NCBI GenBank assembly: GCA_037137395.1
Contig: JBAXKK010000029.1
Location: forward strand, 1 to 27,024
Direction: 5' to 3'
Origin: Elusimicrobiota bacterium
GTDB taxonomy: Bacteria; Elusimicrobiota; Elusimicrobia; Elusimicrobiales; UBA9959
DNA: 27,024 bases
The position numbers and the translations under genes were made by a program. Of this stretch, positions 16,019-24,556 are shown one piece after another. Position 1 is the first letter of the stretch, and every line of letters begins with the position of its first letter. The notes beneath the pieces were generated by a model. The model worked only from the letters and a program-made list of their open reading frames with translations. It made no database searches and was not told where the DNA came from.

Positions 16019-16885
16019 ATGAGAAAACTAATCGTAATACTCGCACTGGCTTTAGTCCCGCGAATGGCCCACGCGACGGACGCCATGGATTTTGACAATC
16101 CTGAAAGAATGAACGTAGCAGCCGCGCTGGACGCCGTTAAGTCGTCCATGCCGGAAGCCCTGCCCGCGGACTACGCGAATGAAGCAGCGCCGACGTTCTT
16201 TAACAACCAAAAGATTGTAGGCGGAACAGAAGCGAATAAGGGCGAGTTTCCTTTTATAGTTTCACTTCAGGCCGCTTCCTACGGCCATTTCTGCGGCGGC
16301 TCCCTGATCAAGAAGAACTGGGTGCTTACCGCGGCGCATTGCGTGGAAGGCGGCTATCTCAATTCCGTGGTTATCGGCCTTCATAACCTGAGCAATCCGG
16401 CGGGATCCGAAAAATTTGCCGCCGCTCAGATAATAAAGCATCCGAATTGGAATAAAGCCAAGTTTGACTACGACTTCGCGCTGATCCGCCTGGACAAGGA
16501 GTCAAAGTTCACGCCCGTCGCCTTAAACCCGACAGAGCTGACCGGCAAGGTGGATTTTATCACCACCGGCTGGGGCACCACCAGCCAGAGCGGCAGCATC
16601 TCCGACGCCCTTCTAAAAGTGTCGGTACCGCTTGTATCGAAAGCCAGCTGCGAGGCGGCTTATCCCGGAAAATTAACGGACAGCATGCTATGCGCCGGCT
16701 ATGAAGCCGGCGGAAAAGATTCATGCCAGGGCGATAGCGGAGGCCCGCTGGTAGTGGGCACCGGATCCGGCGCGTACCTTGCCGGTGTCGTGAGCTGGGG
16801 CGAAGGCTGCGCCCAGCCAAAAAAATACGGCATTTATTCAAAGGTCAACTCTGCCTTTGACTGGATCAACTCCGTAACCAAATAA
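16019..16885 (+). CDS. Secreted trypsin-like serine protease (S1A)
   Basis: Signal peptide and propeptide, IVGG mature N-terminus, LTAAHC, DFAL and KDSCQGDSGGP triad motifs; Asp in the S1 pocket. Confidence 0.95.
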   Translation: MRKLIVILALALVPRMAHATDAMDFDNPERMNVAAALDAVKSSMPEALPADYANEAAPTFFNNQKIVGGTEANKGEFPFIVSLQAASYGHFCGGSLIKKNWVLTAAHCVEGGYLNSVVIGLHNLSNPAGSEKFAAAQIIKHPNWNKAKFDYDFALIRLDKESKFTPVALNPTELTGKVDFITTGWGTTSQSGSISDALLKVSVPLVSKASCEAAYPGKLTDSMLCAGYEAGGKDSCQGDSGGPLVVGTGSGAYLAGVVSWGEGCAQPKKYGIYSKVNSAFDWINSVTK

Positions 16886-16897
16886 ATCGTAATTCAC

Positions 16898-16935
16898 AAT
16901 AAAAAGGGCCGGGCTGAGACCCGGCCCTTTTTATT
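16898..16935. terminator. Intrinsic, bidirectional-type terminator
   Basis: AATAAAAAGGGCCGGG-CTGAGA-CCCGGCCCTTTTTATT. Confidence 0.9.
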
Positions 16936-17050
16936 TTATCCGGAAGCGAAGTATGTCCGCCCTAAAGGTCTTCATATAAAAGCCACCTGCCGGATTTGAC
17001 CGGAGAAAGTTGAAATGAAGGCGCGATTTTAGTTATAGTAAATATGTCAT

Positions 17051-17563
17051 ATGAATCCTTTAAGCCTCTTGCGCCAGTTTATAAGCGGCCTGACCTCGGA
17101 CACCGATCCGCGCCAGATAGGCTGGGGCATAGCCCTCGGCTTCCTTATCGGACTGCTGCCCAAAGCCACGCTCACCGCCCAGCTGCTGCTGGTCCTCTTG
17201 ATGGCGTTGCGGATCAATATCCCCATGGCTCTCATAACAGTTCTGCTGGTAACCTTTGTGAATCCGCTGATGGATAAACTGACCGATCCGGTGGGGTATT
17301 ATCTGCTCACTAGCCCGGCGCTCTACCCGCTTTGGACCAAGCTTTACAATATGCCCATACTCCCTTGGACCGGCTTCAACAATACTGTCCTGACGGGGGG
17401 ACTTGTAGTCGGACTTGTCCTGATGTTCCCGGTCTATTTAGCGGGCAGGCGCTTCGGCGTGTTTTATAATGATAAATTCAGAGACAAGCTGATGAATTCT
17501 AAAATAGTAAAAGGCCTTAAAGCGTCCTGGCTGTTCGATTGGTACTTTAAAACGAGTGTATAG
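17051..17563 (+). CDS. TIGR03546 family membrane protein
   Basis: S..DPRQI..G.ALG..IGLLP, LYNMPILPWTGFNNTV.TG motifs; precedes the TIGR03545 gene. Confidence 0.85.
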   Translation: MNPLSLLRQFISGLTSDTDPRQIGWGIALGFLIGLLPKATLTAQLLLVLLMALRINIPMALITVLLVTFVNPLMDKLTDPVGYYLLTSPALYPLWTKLYNMPILPWTGFNNTVLTGGLVVGLVLMFPVYLAGRRFGVFYNDKFRDKLMNSKIVKGLKASWLFDWYFKTSV

Positions 17564-17630
17564 TGATTAGTGCTTAGTGGTCAGCACAGACACTCCCCGA
17601 CTAACCACTAGCCACCTATCACTAACCACT
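17555..17630. repeat. Inverted pair of heptamer arrays (AGTGNNN ... NNNCACT)
   Basis: AGTGTAT AGTGATT AGTGCTT AGTGGTC ... AACCACT AGCCACC TATCACT AACCACT. Confidence 0.7.
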
Positions 17631-17638
17631 GATTATTT

Positions 17639-19414
17639 ATGCGCTGGTCATACATACTACCACGATTTATATTTCTGGCCCTTATCTGGGTATTCTTTTT
17701 CTTTGCCTTCGACCCTATACTCAAGTGGTCGCTAAGGAAAGGAATTGAGAAAGCTGCCGGCGCCAAGGTGGAGATAGCCGGAGTTAAAACCTCTTTTCTA
17801 CATCCCTCGTTCGATATGACCGGCGTCACAATAGGCAACGCTAAGGAAGAATATTCCAATCTTGTTGAATTTTCTCAAATAAAATTCAATATCGCCGGCG
17901 CGCCGCTGCTTGAGAAGAAATTTATAATTAACGAGGCCTCCTTAAGCGGGCTGAAGTTCGGCACGCCGCGCAAGACTTCAGCGAAACTCCTGCTCGCGAA
18001 AAAAGAAGAGACACCGCAGTTCGTTAAAGACCTGAAAAAGGAATCCGGCGATATGGCCGAGAACCGCGTGGGAGACATCAAAGCCGGCGCGACCAAGGAT
18101 CTGGAAGTATCGGCCGATTCGCTTTCTTCGGTCAAGGTATACGGCGAACTGCAGAAAAAATACGAGACGCAGTTTGCCGCGCTTAAAGAAAAAGCCGATT
18201 TCAAGCCCTATCAGGCCCGAATGGATGAGATAAAAAAGAAATATGAAGAGGCCCGGGCTGAGAAAAACCCGCTTAAGCAGATAAAGAGCTACTCCGCCCT
18301 GCAAAAAGATGTCAAAAAATTGACCGATGATTTTCAAAAAGACCGCAAGCTGATAGAAGAAACGGCCGCCGGCCTGAAAGAAGGCGTTAAAGCCGCCGAA
18401 GAAGCCCGCAAGAACGACATTGACGCGTTGATGGGCAAAATGAAGATGCCGGCCCTGGACACAAAATCTTTGGCCGGGATGCTGGCCGGACCCGCCATAG
18501 CCGACAAGACCCAGACGGCGTTTAAGTGGCTGGCAATGGCCCGCAAGTACATGCCCGACAATTCTCAGAAGCAGATACTCAAGGCTGACGCCAAACGCGG
18601 ACGAGTGGTGCATTTCCCCAAGCTGAACGCTTATCCCTCTTTCCTTATTAAGAAGATGGCGGTCTCCGGAGAGCTGGGCCTGGACGCGCCGCTTGATTAT
18701 TCCGGCTCGATAGAAGGCATCACCACGCAGCCGCAGATATACGGCAAACCGCTGACAGCCTCAATAAAAGGGGCGAAAGGCGCCCGGGCATTGGACTTTA
18801 AAGCGCTTTTAGATAACACCGGTACCGCCATGAAAGGCGATTTATCCCTCAAATATTCCGGCATGGCCGTAAACAGCCTTGTCCTGGGTAAGCCCGGCTC
18901 CCTTGGAGCATCCGTCACCGGCGGGACGGGATCGTTTAACGGAAACCTGGCGCTGGCGGGGGAGAATATAAAAGGCGAAGCCCTTTTCAACATAGCGGGG
19001 GCAAAGGTAACGCCCGATACTGAAAGCATAAAGCTCGCCCCGCTTAAGACCGCCGTAATAAATTCCATGTCGGGCCTTTCCTCGGTCTCGATAGGCGTGA
19101 AGATTGCCGGAACCCTGAAGGCCCCGGTCCTGGCCTTGACCACGGATCTGGCCGATAAGCTGAGCGGCGCGTTTAAGAACGCTTTCGGCGCCGAGCTGGA
19201 AAAGGCCAAGGCCGAAGCCCAGGCCAAAGTGGACGCCGCGCTGAAACCATACAAGGCCAAGCTGGACGCCCTTACTTCCTCAAAGCAGCAGGAGCTTAAA
19301 GACAAGCTCGACGCCGGGCAGAAAAGCCTTTCAGGCTCCGGAGACGGCCTCCTTAAAAATCTCAAAGACCAGGCCTCCCCCGGCAAAATTAAGCTTCCCA
19401 AATTCAAATTTTAG
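17639..19414 (+). CDS. TIGR03545 family protein (N-terminal anchor, AsmA-like beta regions, coiled coil)
   Basis: MRWSYILPR N-terminus, GAKVEI, F.TPRKTS, RG.VVHFP..P.FLIKK and ITTQP..YGKP motifs; paired with TIGR03546. Confidence 0.85.
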   Translation: MRWSYILPRFIFLALIWVFFFFAFDPILKWSLRKGIEKAAGAKVEIAGVKTSFLHPSFDMTGVTIGNAKEEYSNLVEFSQIKFNIAGAPLLEKKFIINEASLSGLKFGTPRKTSAKLLLAKKEETPQFVKDLKKESGDMAENRVGDIKAGATKDLEVSADSLSSVKVYGELQKKYETQFAALKEKADFKPYQARMDEIKKKYEEARAEKNPLKQIKSYSALQKDVKKLTDDFQKDRKLIEETAAGLKEGVKAAEEARKNDIDALMGKMKMPALDTKSLAGMLAGPAIADKTQTAFKWLAMARKYMPDNSQKQILKADAKRGRVVHFPKLNAYPSFLIKKMAVSGELGLDAPLDYSGSIEGITTQPQIYGKPLTASIKGAKGARALDFKALLDNTGTAMKGDLSLKYSGMAVNSLVLGKPGSLGASVTGGTGSFNGNLALAGENIKGEALFNIAGAKVTPDTESIKLAPLKTAVINSMSGLSSVSIGVKIAGTLKAPVLALTTDLADKLSGAFKNAFGAELEKAKAEAQAKVDAALKPYKAKLDALTSSKQQELKDKLDAGQKSLSGSGDGLLKNLKDQASPGKIKLPKFKF

Positions 19415-19637
19415 CATTCCCTGTCTTTCCTTATTGAATCACTCATATCTTCACTGGTCGGCAATCCTATTCCCGCGCAGCGCACTTTATCAAACAGAGG
19501 GGGGCATCGTTACCTGCCGCTACAGCGATTACCGGTCGTGGCAGTCCTTTGGTGCGCAACCTGCGTTCCGCCCGGCGCGTCATTGATGCCACTCCGATCC
19601 ATTCCTCCGACGTGAAACTCTAAAAACAAAAAGACCC

Positions 19638-19666
19638 TTGACAAAAGAATAACGAAGGTGTATATT
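19638..19666 (+). promoter_or_regulatory. Sigma70 promoter of the hydrogenase operon
   Basis: TTGACA-17 nt-TATATT. Confidence 0.75.
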
Positions 19667-19769
19667 ATTTGTGGTAGCAACGTTAATTGTGTAACGTTAT
19701 AAAATAACGATGCGCACACCATCGTTACAATCTGAACGATACAAAAACCTAACCGGCCGGGAGGATAGC

Positions 19770-20186
19770 ATGGCTAAAATATTATGCATAGACGACGACA
19801 GGGACATTCTTGACACCTGCGAAGTGGTGCTTCAGGGAATGGGGCACAAGGTTGAGACCGCGATCAACGGCAAAGAGGGATTGGAGAAGGCGGCAGCGCT
19901 CAAGCCGGACCTCATCGTGCTGGACGTCATAATGGACGACGCCACCGAAGGCTTTCACACCGCCTGCAAATTCCGTCAGAACGCGGCGCTGAAGCACACC
20001 CCGATACTTATGCTCACCTCGGTCAACGAAACCTCGCCCCAGAAATTCAGCGCCAAGGACGGGGAATTCCTGCCAGTTGACGCTTTTATGGAAAAGCCGA
20101 TAAAGCCCAAAGAATTCGTGGCCAAGGTTACAGAGCTCCTCGCGTTAAAAAAAGAGCAGATCAATGTTGAAGGCCGCAGAGATTAA
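19770..20186 (+). CDS. Single-domain response regulator (receiver only)
   Basis: GGGAGG SD; KILCIDDD, LDVIM, MLTS and FMEKP motifs; no output domain. Confidence 0.9.
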   Translation: MAKILCIDDDRDILDTCEVVLQGMGHKVETAINGKEGLEKAAALKPDLIVLDVIMDDATEGFHTACKFRQNAALKHTPILMLTSVNETSPQKFSAKDGEFLPVDAFMEKPIKPKEFVAKVTELLALKKEQINVEGRRD

Positions 20187-20195
20187 GGACCGTTC

Positions 20196-20837
20196 ATGAC
20201 AAAGATCCCGCAGCGCACCGTTGAAAGATTCTTCCGCTACTGCCAGTTCCTGCACACAAGGCTTGAAACTGGCGCGGAGTTCGTCTTCTCGCGCGAGCTT
20301 GCCGCCGCGGTGGGGGTTTCGCCGGAACAGGTCCGGCGCGATCTGATGAACTTCAAACTGAAGGGAACTCCGCAGAGGGGCTACAAACTGCAGGAATTTC
20401 TGGACGAACTCTACGCGCATCTTGAATCCTCGTCGCTGACCAAGATGGTGCTGGTAGGGGTGGGAAACCTGGGAAAGGCCATACTCTCATATTTCCTTAA
20501 GCGCCGGCCGAATCTTTCCATCGTGGCGGCCTTCGACCTGGACCCGGAAAAGACGGGCAGGGTGTATTCCGGCTGCCACGTGCACCACAGCGCCCAACTT
20601 GAAAAAATAGTAAATAAGGAAAAAGCCGCAGTGGGCATAATAACGGTGCCCGCCGCTTCCGCGCAGGAAGCCGCCGACGCGCTTGTCCGGGCGGGCGTGC
20701 GTGGGATAGTAAATTTCGCCCCGGCGCAGATAAAAGTGCCCGCGGGAGTCTTCCTTGAACAATTAGACATCACGCTTTCCATAGAAAAAGCCGCCTATTT
20801 TGCCAGGCGCATAAAACTATCCAAGGAGTTGAAATAA
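20196..20837 (+). CDS. rex: Redox-sensing transcriptional repressor Rex
   Basis: Winged helix (SRELA..VGVSPEQVRRDL..GY) plus Rossmann GVGNLGKA, AAFD, ITVP, GIVNFAP. Confidence 0.9.
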   Translation: MTKIPQRTVERFFRYCQFLHTRLETGAEFVFSRELAAAVGVSPEQVRRDLMNFKLKGTPQRGYKLQEFLDELYAHLESSSLTKMVLVGVGNLGKAILSYFLKRRPNLSIVAAFDLDPEKTGRVYSGCHVHHSAQLEKIVNKEKAAVGIITVPAASAQEAADALVRAGVRGIVNFAPAQIKVPAGVFLEQLDITLSIEKAAYFARRIKLSKELK

Positions 20838-21310
20838 TGAGCACACAGACAAAGGTTGATAAGATACTTGCCGGCCACGCGTTCGCCAAGCGCGACAAGA
20901 TCATCCCCATCCTCCAGGAGATACAGGAAGCCGAGGGTTATATCTCCCAGAACGCCGTAGTAAAGGTTTCCAGGCACCTCTCCATGCCGGCTTCAAAGAT
21001 CTACGGAGTGGCGACTTTCTACAACCAGTTCCGCTTTAAAGCGCGCGGCAAGTACCACATCATGGTGTGCCGCGGCACGGCCTGCCATGTCAAAGGCTCG
21101 CTTTCAGCCCTTAAACTCGTAGAGGACTGCCTTAAAATAAAGGCCGGGGACACGACCCGCGACGGGCTATTCAGCATTGAAGTAGTGGTCTGCATGGGCG
21201 CCTGCGGCCTGGCCCCGGTTATCAGCCTGAACGGGGAATGCCACGCGAAAGTTACTCCCGAGAAACTTAAAAATTTAGTCGAAGAGCTCAAGCTGAAGGA
21301 GATAAAATGA
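20837..21310 (+). CDS. hydC: NuoE-like [2Fe-2S] subunit HydC of a multimeric [FeFe]-hydrogenase
   Basis: YGVATFYNQF, VCRGTACHVKG and CMGACGLAPV motifs. Confidence 0.9.
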   Translation: MSTQTKVDKILAGHAFAKRDKIIPILQEIQEAEGYISQNAVVKVSRHLSMPASKIYGVATFYNQFRFKARGKYHIMVCRGTACHVKGSLSALKLVEDCLKIKAGDTTRDGLFSIEVVVCMGACGLAPVISLNGECHAKVTPEKLKNLVEELKLKEIK

Positions 21311-24300
21311 CATCATCCGCTGATAATTTCATAAGCACCGCCCTCTCCTCACTGCCGGAGAAACAGAGAAACGCTTTTTTGACAGGCGCTTTCGGCAAAG
21401 GGGACTGGACGATAAAAGCCGCGGAACTGCGCCACGAGACGGTGAAGCAGCCGATAATTTATATTGGAGCCGGGACCTGCGGCCTGGCCGCCGGAGCCGG
21501 GAAGACGCTGACGGAGGTAAAGGCCTGGCTGAAGAAAAAAAAGATCAAAGCTGAGATCGTGGAAGTGGGCTGCATCGGTTACTGCGCGGCCGAGCCGCTG
21601 CTGGACGTGCGCCTGCCCGACATGCCCAGGATATCATTCCAGCGGGCGACCGCCGAAACGGCTGCGGCACTGCTTGATTCTGTTTTCACGAAGCGCGCCC
21701 CGCGCAAAGAAAATATTCTGGGGCAATTCGCGCTTGAGGGCGCGAAGCCATGGCCCGGAGTGCCGCTGATGAGCGAGCACCCTTTCTTCAAAAACCAGAT
21801 GCGCTTCGTGCTGAAGAACTGCGGCCTGGTAAACCCCGTCTCAATAGAGGAATATATAGCCAGGGGCGGCTACAGTGCTTTCTTAAAAAGCATACACACC
21901 ATGACGCCAGTTCAGGTCTGCCAGGATGTGGAGACCAGCGGATTGCGCGGGCGCGGCGGCGGCGGTTTCCCTACGGGCAAAAAGTGGAAGATGGCGCTCA
22001 ACTCCGACGCCGACCAGAAGTATATAATCTGCAACGCCGACGAGGGAGATCCGGGCGCATTCATGGACCGGGCGGTTATCGAAGGCGACCCGCACAGGGT
22101 GCTGGAAGGCCTGGCCATCGGGGCTTACGCCATACACGCTTCAAAAGCCTATGTCTATATACGAGCGGAATACCCGCTCGCGGTGAAGAACCTCACAAAA
22201 GCCATAGCCGACGCCAAGAAAATGGGTCTGCTGGGCGAGAACATTTACGGCAGCGGCTTTGACCTCGACGTCATTATCAAGATGGGCGCCGGCGCTTTCG
22301 TCTGCGGCGAAGAGACTGCCCTCATGCACAGCATAGAAGGCAAGCGCGGAATGCCCAAACCCCGGCCCCCGTATCCCACGGTACGCGGACTTTTCGGCAA
22401 GCCCACAGTAATTAATAATGTCGAAACGCTGGCGAATGTCGCCGAGATCATGGAAACCGGCGCGGATAGCTTCGCGAAAATCGGCACAAAGACCAGCAAA
22501 GGAACAAAAGTGTTCGCCCTCTCGGGCATGGTGCGGCGCACCGGCCTGGTGGAGGTTCCGATGGGGACAAAGCTCCGCCAGGTGGTATTCGACATAGGCG
22601 GCGGCATCCCTAACGGGAAAAAGTGTAAAGCCGTGCAGATAGGCGGCCCCTCGGGCGGCTGCATACCCGAGGCGCATCTCGACCTTGAATGCGACTATGA
22701 GGCGCTCAAGAATTTTGGCGCGATCATGGGCTCAGGCGGGCTGGTGGTGCTGGACGAAAACACCTGCATGGTGGACCTGGCAAAATATTTCATGGAATTC
22801 ATACAGAACGAATCCTGCGGGAAATGCATCCCCTGCCGGGAAGGCACGCACCGCATGCTGGAGATCCTGCAGGCTATAACCCGCCCGCGCCGCAAAGAGG
22901 ACGGCCTCGACGCGCTCTTCCGCTTCCAGGGAATAATGTACCTGAAGGAACTGGGAGAGATCATAAAGAAAACTTCACTGTGCGGACTCGGCCAGACAGC
23001 GCCGAACCCCGTGCTTTCAACGCTGAAATGGTTCCGCGACGAATATGAAGCCCATATTTTCGACCGCCAGTGCCCGGCAGGAGCCTGCCGCGAACTGGTG
23101 GGAGCTCCGTGCCAGAGCGGCTGCCCCGTGGGCACCGAGGTCTGGCGTTACATAGCGCACGCCAGCCGCGGCGAATACGAGGACGCCTACCGGACCATCC
23201 GCGCGGCGAACCCCTTCCCGTCGGTCTGCGCCCGCGTCTGCGACCACCCCTGCGAAACGGTCTGCCGCTGCGGCACCACCGGCGGAGAGCCGATAGCTAT
23301 CCGCACGCTCAAACGCTTTATCGTGGACAAGGTCCCGGCCTCCGCTTACAGGCACGCCCCGGCCGCCATAAAAGCCGGAGCGCCCGCCGTCGCCGTAATA
23401 GGCGCGGGGCCTTCCGGCCTCACGGCAGCCCACCAGCTCTCACTTCAGGGCTATAAAGTCACGATCTTCGAGAAAGAGTCAAAACCGGGCGGCATGCTGG
23501 TCTCAGGCATTCCGCAATACCGCCTGCCCCGCGCGGTGCTGGAGAAAGAGATCTCCGCCCTGCTAAATAAGAATATCTCGCTTAAATGCGGGAAAGAGCT
23601 TGGCAGGGATTTAACGCTGGAAAGCCTTTCCAAAGCCGGTTTCAAAGCCGTCTATGTCGCGCTCGGCTCCCACAAGAGCAAGAAGCTGGGACTTGAGGGC
23701 GAAGAGAGCGAAGGCGTTATCCCCGGCATCAAGTTCCTGAAAGCGTATAACCTTGAAGGCAAATCGCTCGCCCGGGGACGGGTGGCTGTCATCGGCGGAG
23801 GAAATTCAGCGCTTGACGCCGCCCGTGTAGCCGTCCGTCAGAAGGGCGTAAAATCAGTAACCGTCTTCTATCGCCGCAGCCGCTCTGAAATGCCGGCTTA
23901 CGCGGAAGAGATCGAGGCCGCGCTGCAGGAAGGCGTAAAGCTTGAAGTTCTACAGGCTCCGGAGGGATTGGTCATAAAGAGCGGCCGCCTTATCGGAGTG
24001 AAGTTCACGCGCAACGAGCTTGGGCCGAGGGACGCCAGCGGACGCGCCCGGCCGGTACCCGTCGCCGGCAGCGAGCATTTGGTGGAAGCGGACACGCTTA
24101 TCGCCGCCATCAGCGAAGAGCCGGAAACGCAGCCTCTTTCGGAACTTACTCTGTCGAAATACGGCCTGCTTGTGACTAACGCCCAGTCGTATTCCACCGG
24201 ACGCGCTGGAGTATTCGCAGGCGGAGACGTTACAACCGGTCCCGGCACAGTGATCAACGCCGTCGCCGCCGGAAAGAACGCCGCCGTTATGATCGACAGG

Positions 24301-24552
24301 TTCCTCACCGGCAAACAGCTGAGGGTTATAAAGAAGGTCCGGCTGCCGTCGGTTTATGTCGAGCCCGTCCAGTCCGCGCAGGACGGCGGGACGCAGGGGC
24401 GACTGGCGGCCGTCCACCTGGCCGCCGGAGCGCGCGCCAAAAACTTCAAAGAAGTGGACCTGTGCGTGACGGAAAAACACGCGCTGTGCGAAGCCGGCCG
24501 ATGCCTGCGCTGCGATATCGAATTCACGCAACCCGAGCAAGGAGAGAGGTGA
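21307..24552 (+). CDS. hydB: NuoF-like HydB (FMN/NADH) fused to a GltD/NfnB-like Fe-S flavoprotein module
   Basis: N-terminal thioredoxin-like [2Fe-2S] region; GRGGGGFPTG, NADEGDPGAFMDR, GAFVCGEET, GGPSGG, SCGKCIPCREG; then PCQSGCP, CARVCDHPCE..C, GAGPSG, GGGNSA..YRRS, FAGGD and RCLRCD. Confidence 0.88.
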   Translation: MTSSADNFISTALSSLPEKQRNAFLTGAFGKGDWTIKAAELRHETVKQPIIYIGAGTCGLAAGAGKTLTEVKAWLKKKKIKAEIVEVGCIGYCAAEPLLDVRLPDMPRISFQRATAETAAALLDSVFTKRAPRKENILGQFALEGAKPWPGVPLMSEHPFFKNQMRFVLKNCGLVNPVSIEEYIARGGYSAFLKSIHTMTPVQVCQDVETSGLRGRGGGGFPTGKKWKMALNSDADQKYIICNADEGDPGAFMDRAVIEGDPHRVLEGLAIGAYAIHASKAYVYIRAEYPLAVKNLTKAIADAKKMGLLGENIYGSGFDLDVIIKMGAGAFVCGEETALMHSIEGKRGMPKPRPPYPTVRGLFGKPTVINNVETLANVAEIMETGADSFAKIGTKTSKGTKVFALSGMVRRTGLVEVPMGTKLRQVVFDIGGGIPNGKKCKAVQIGGPSGGCIPEAHLDLECDYEALKNFGAIMGSGGLVVLDENTCMVDLAKYFMEFIQNESCGKCIPCREGTHRMLEILQAITRPRRKEDGLDALFRFQGIMYLKELGEIIKKTSLCGLGQTAPNPVLSTLKWFRDEYEAHIFDRQCPAGACRELVGAPCQSGCPVGTEVWRYIAHASRGEYEDAYRTIRAANPFPSVCARVCDHPCETVCRCGTTGGEPIAIRTLKRFIVDKVPASAYRHAPAAIKAGAPAVAVIGAGPSGLTAAHQLSLQGYKVTIFEKESKPGGMLVSGIPQYRLPRAVLEKEISALLNKNISLKCGKELGRDLTLESLSKAGFKAVYVALGSHKSKKLGLEGEESEGVIPGIKFLKAYNLEGKSLARGRVAVIGGGNSALDAARVAVRQKGVKSVTVFYRRSRSEMPAYAEEIEAALQEGVKLEVLQAPEGLVIKSGRLIGVKFTRNELGPRDASGRARPVPVAGSEHLVEADTLIAAISEEPETQPLSELTLSKYGLLVTNAQSYSTGRAGVFAGGDVTTGPGTVINAVAAGKNAAVMIDRFLTGKQLRVIKKVRLPSVYVEPVQSAQDGGTQGRLAAVHLAAGARAKNFKEVDLCVTEKHALCEAGRCLRCDIEFTQPEQGER

Positions 24553-24556
24553 TATC

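Noticed and set aside
19710..19769. Longer start for the first response regulator
   Set aside because: A strong GGGAGG SD precedes the ATG at 19770, and the receiver fold begins there
20837..24552. Respiratory complex I nuoE/nuoF
   Set aside because: The next gene has complete H-cluster motifs and no membrane nuo genes are present, so these are hydrogenase subunits
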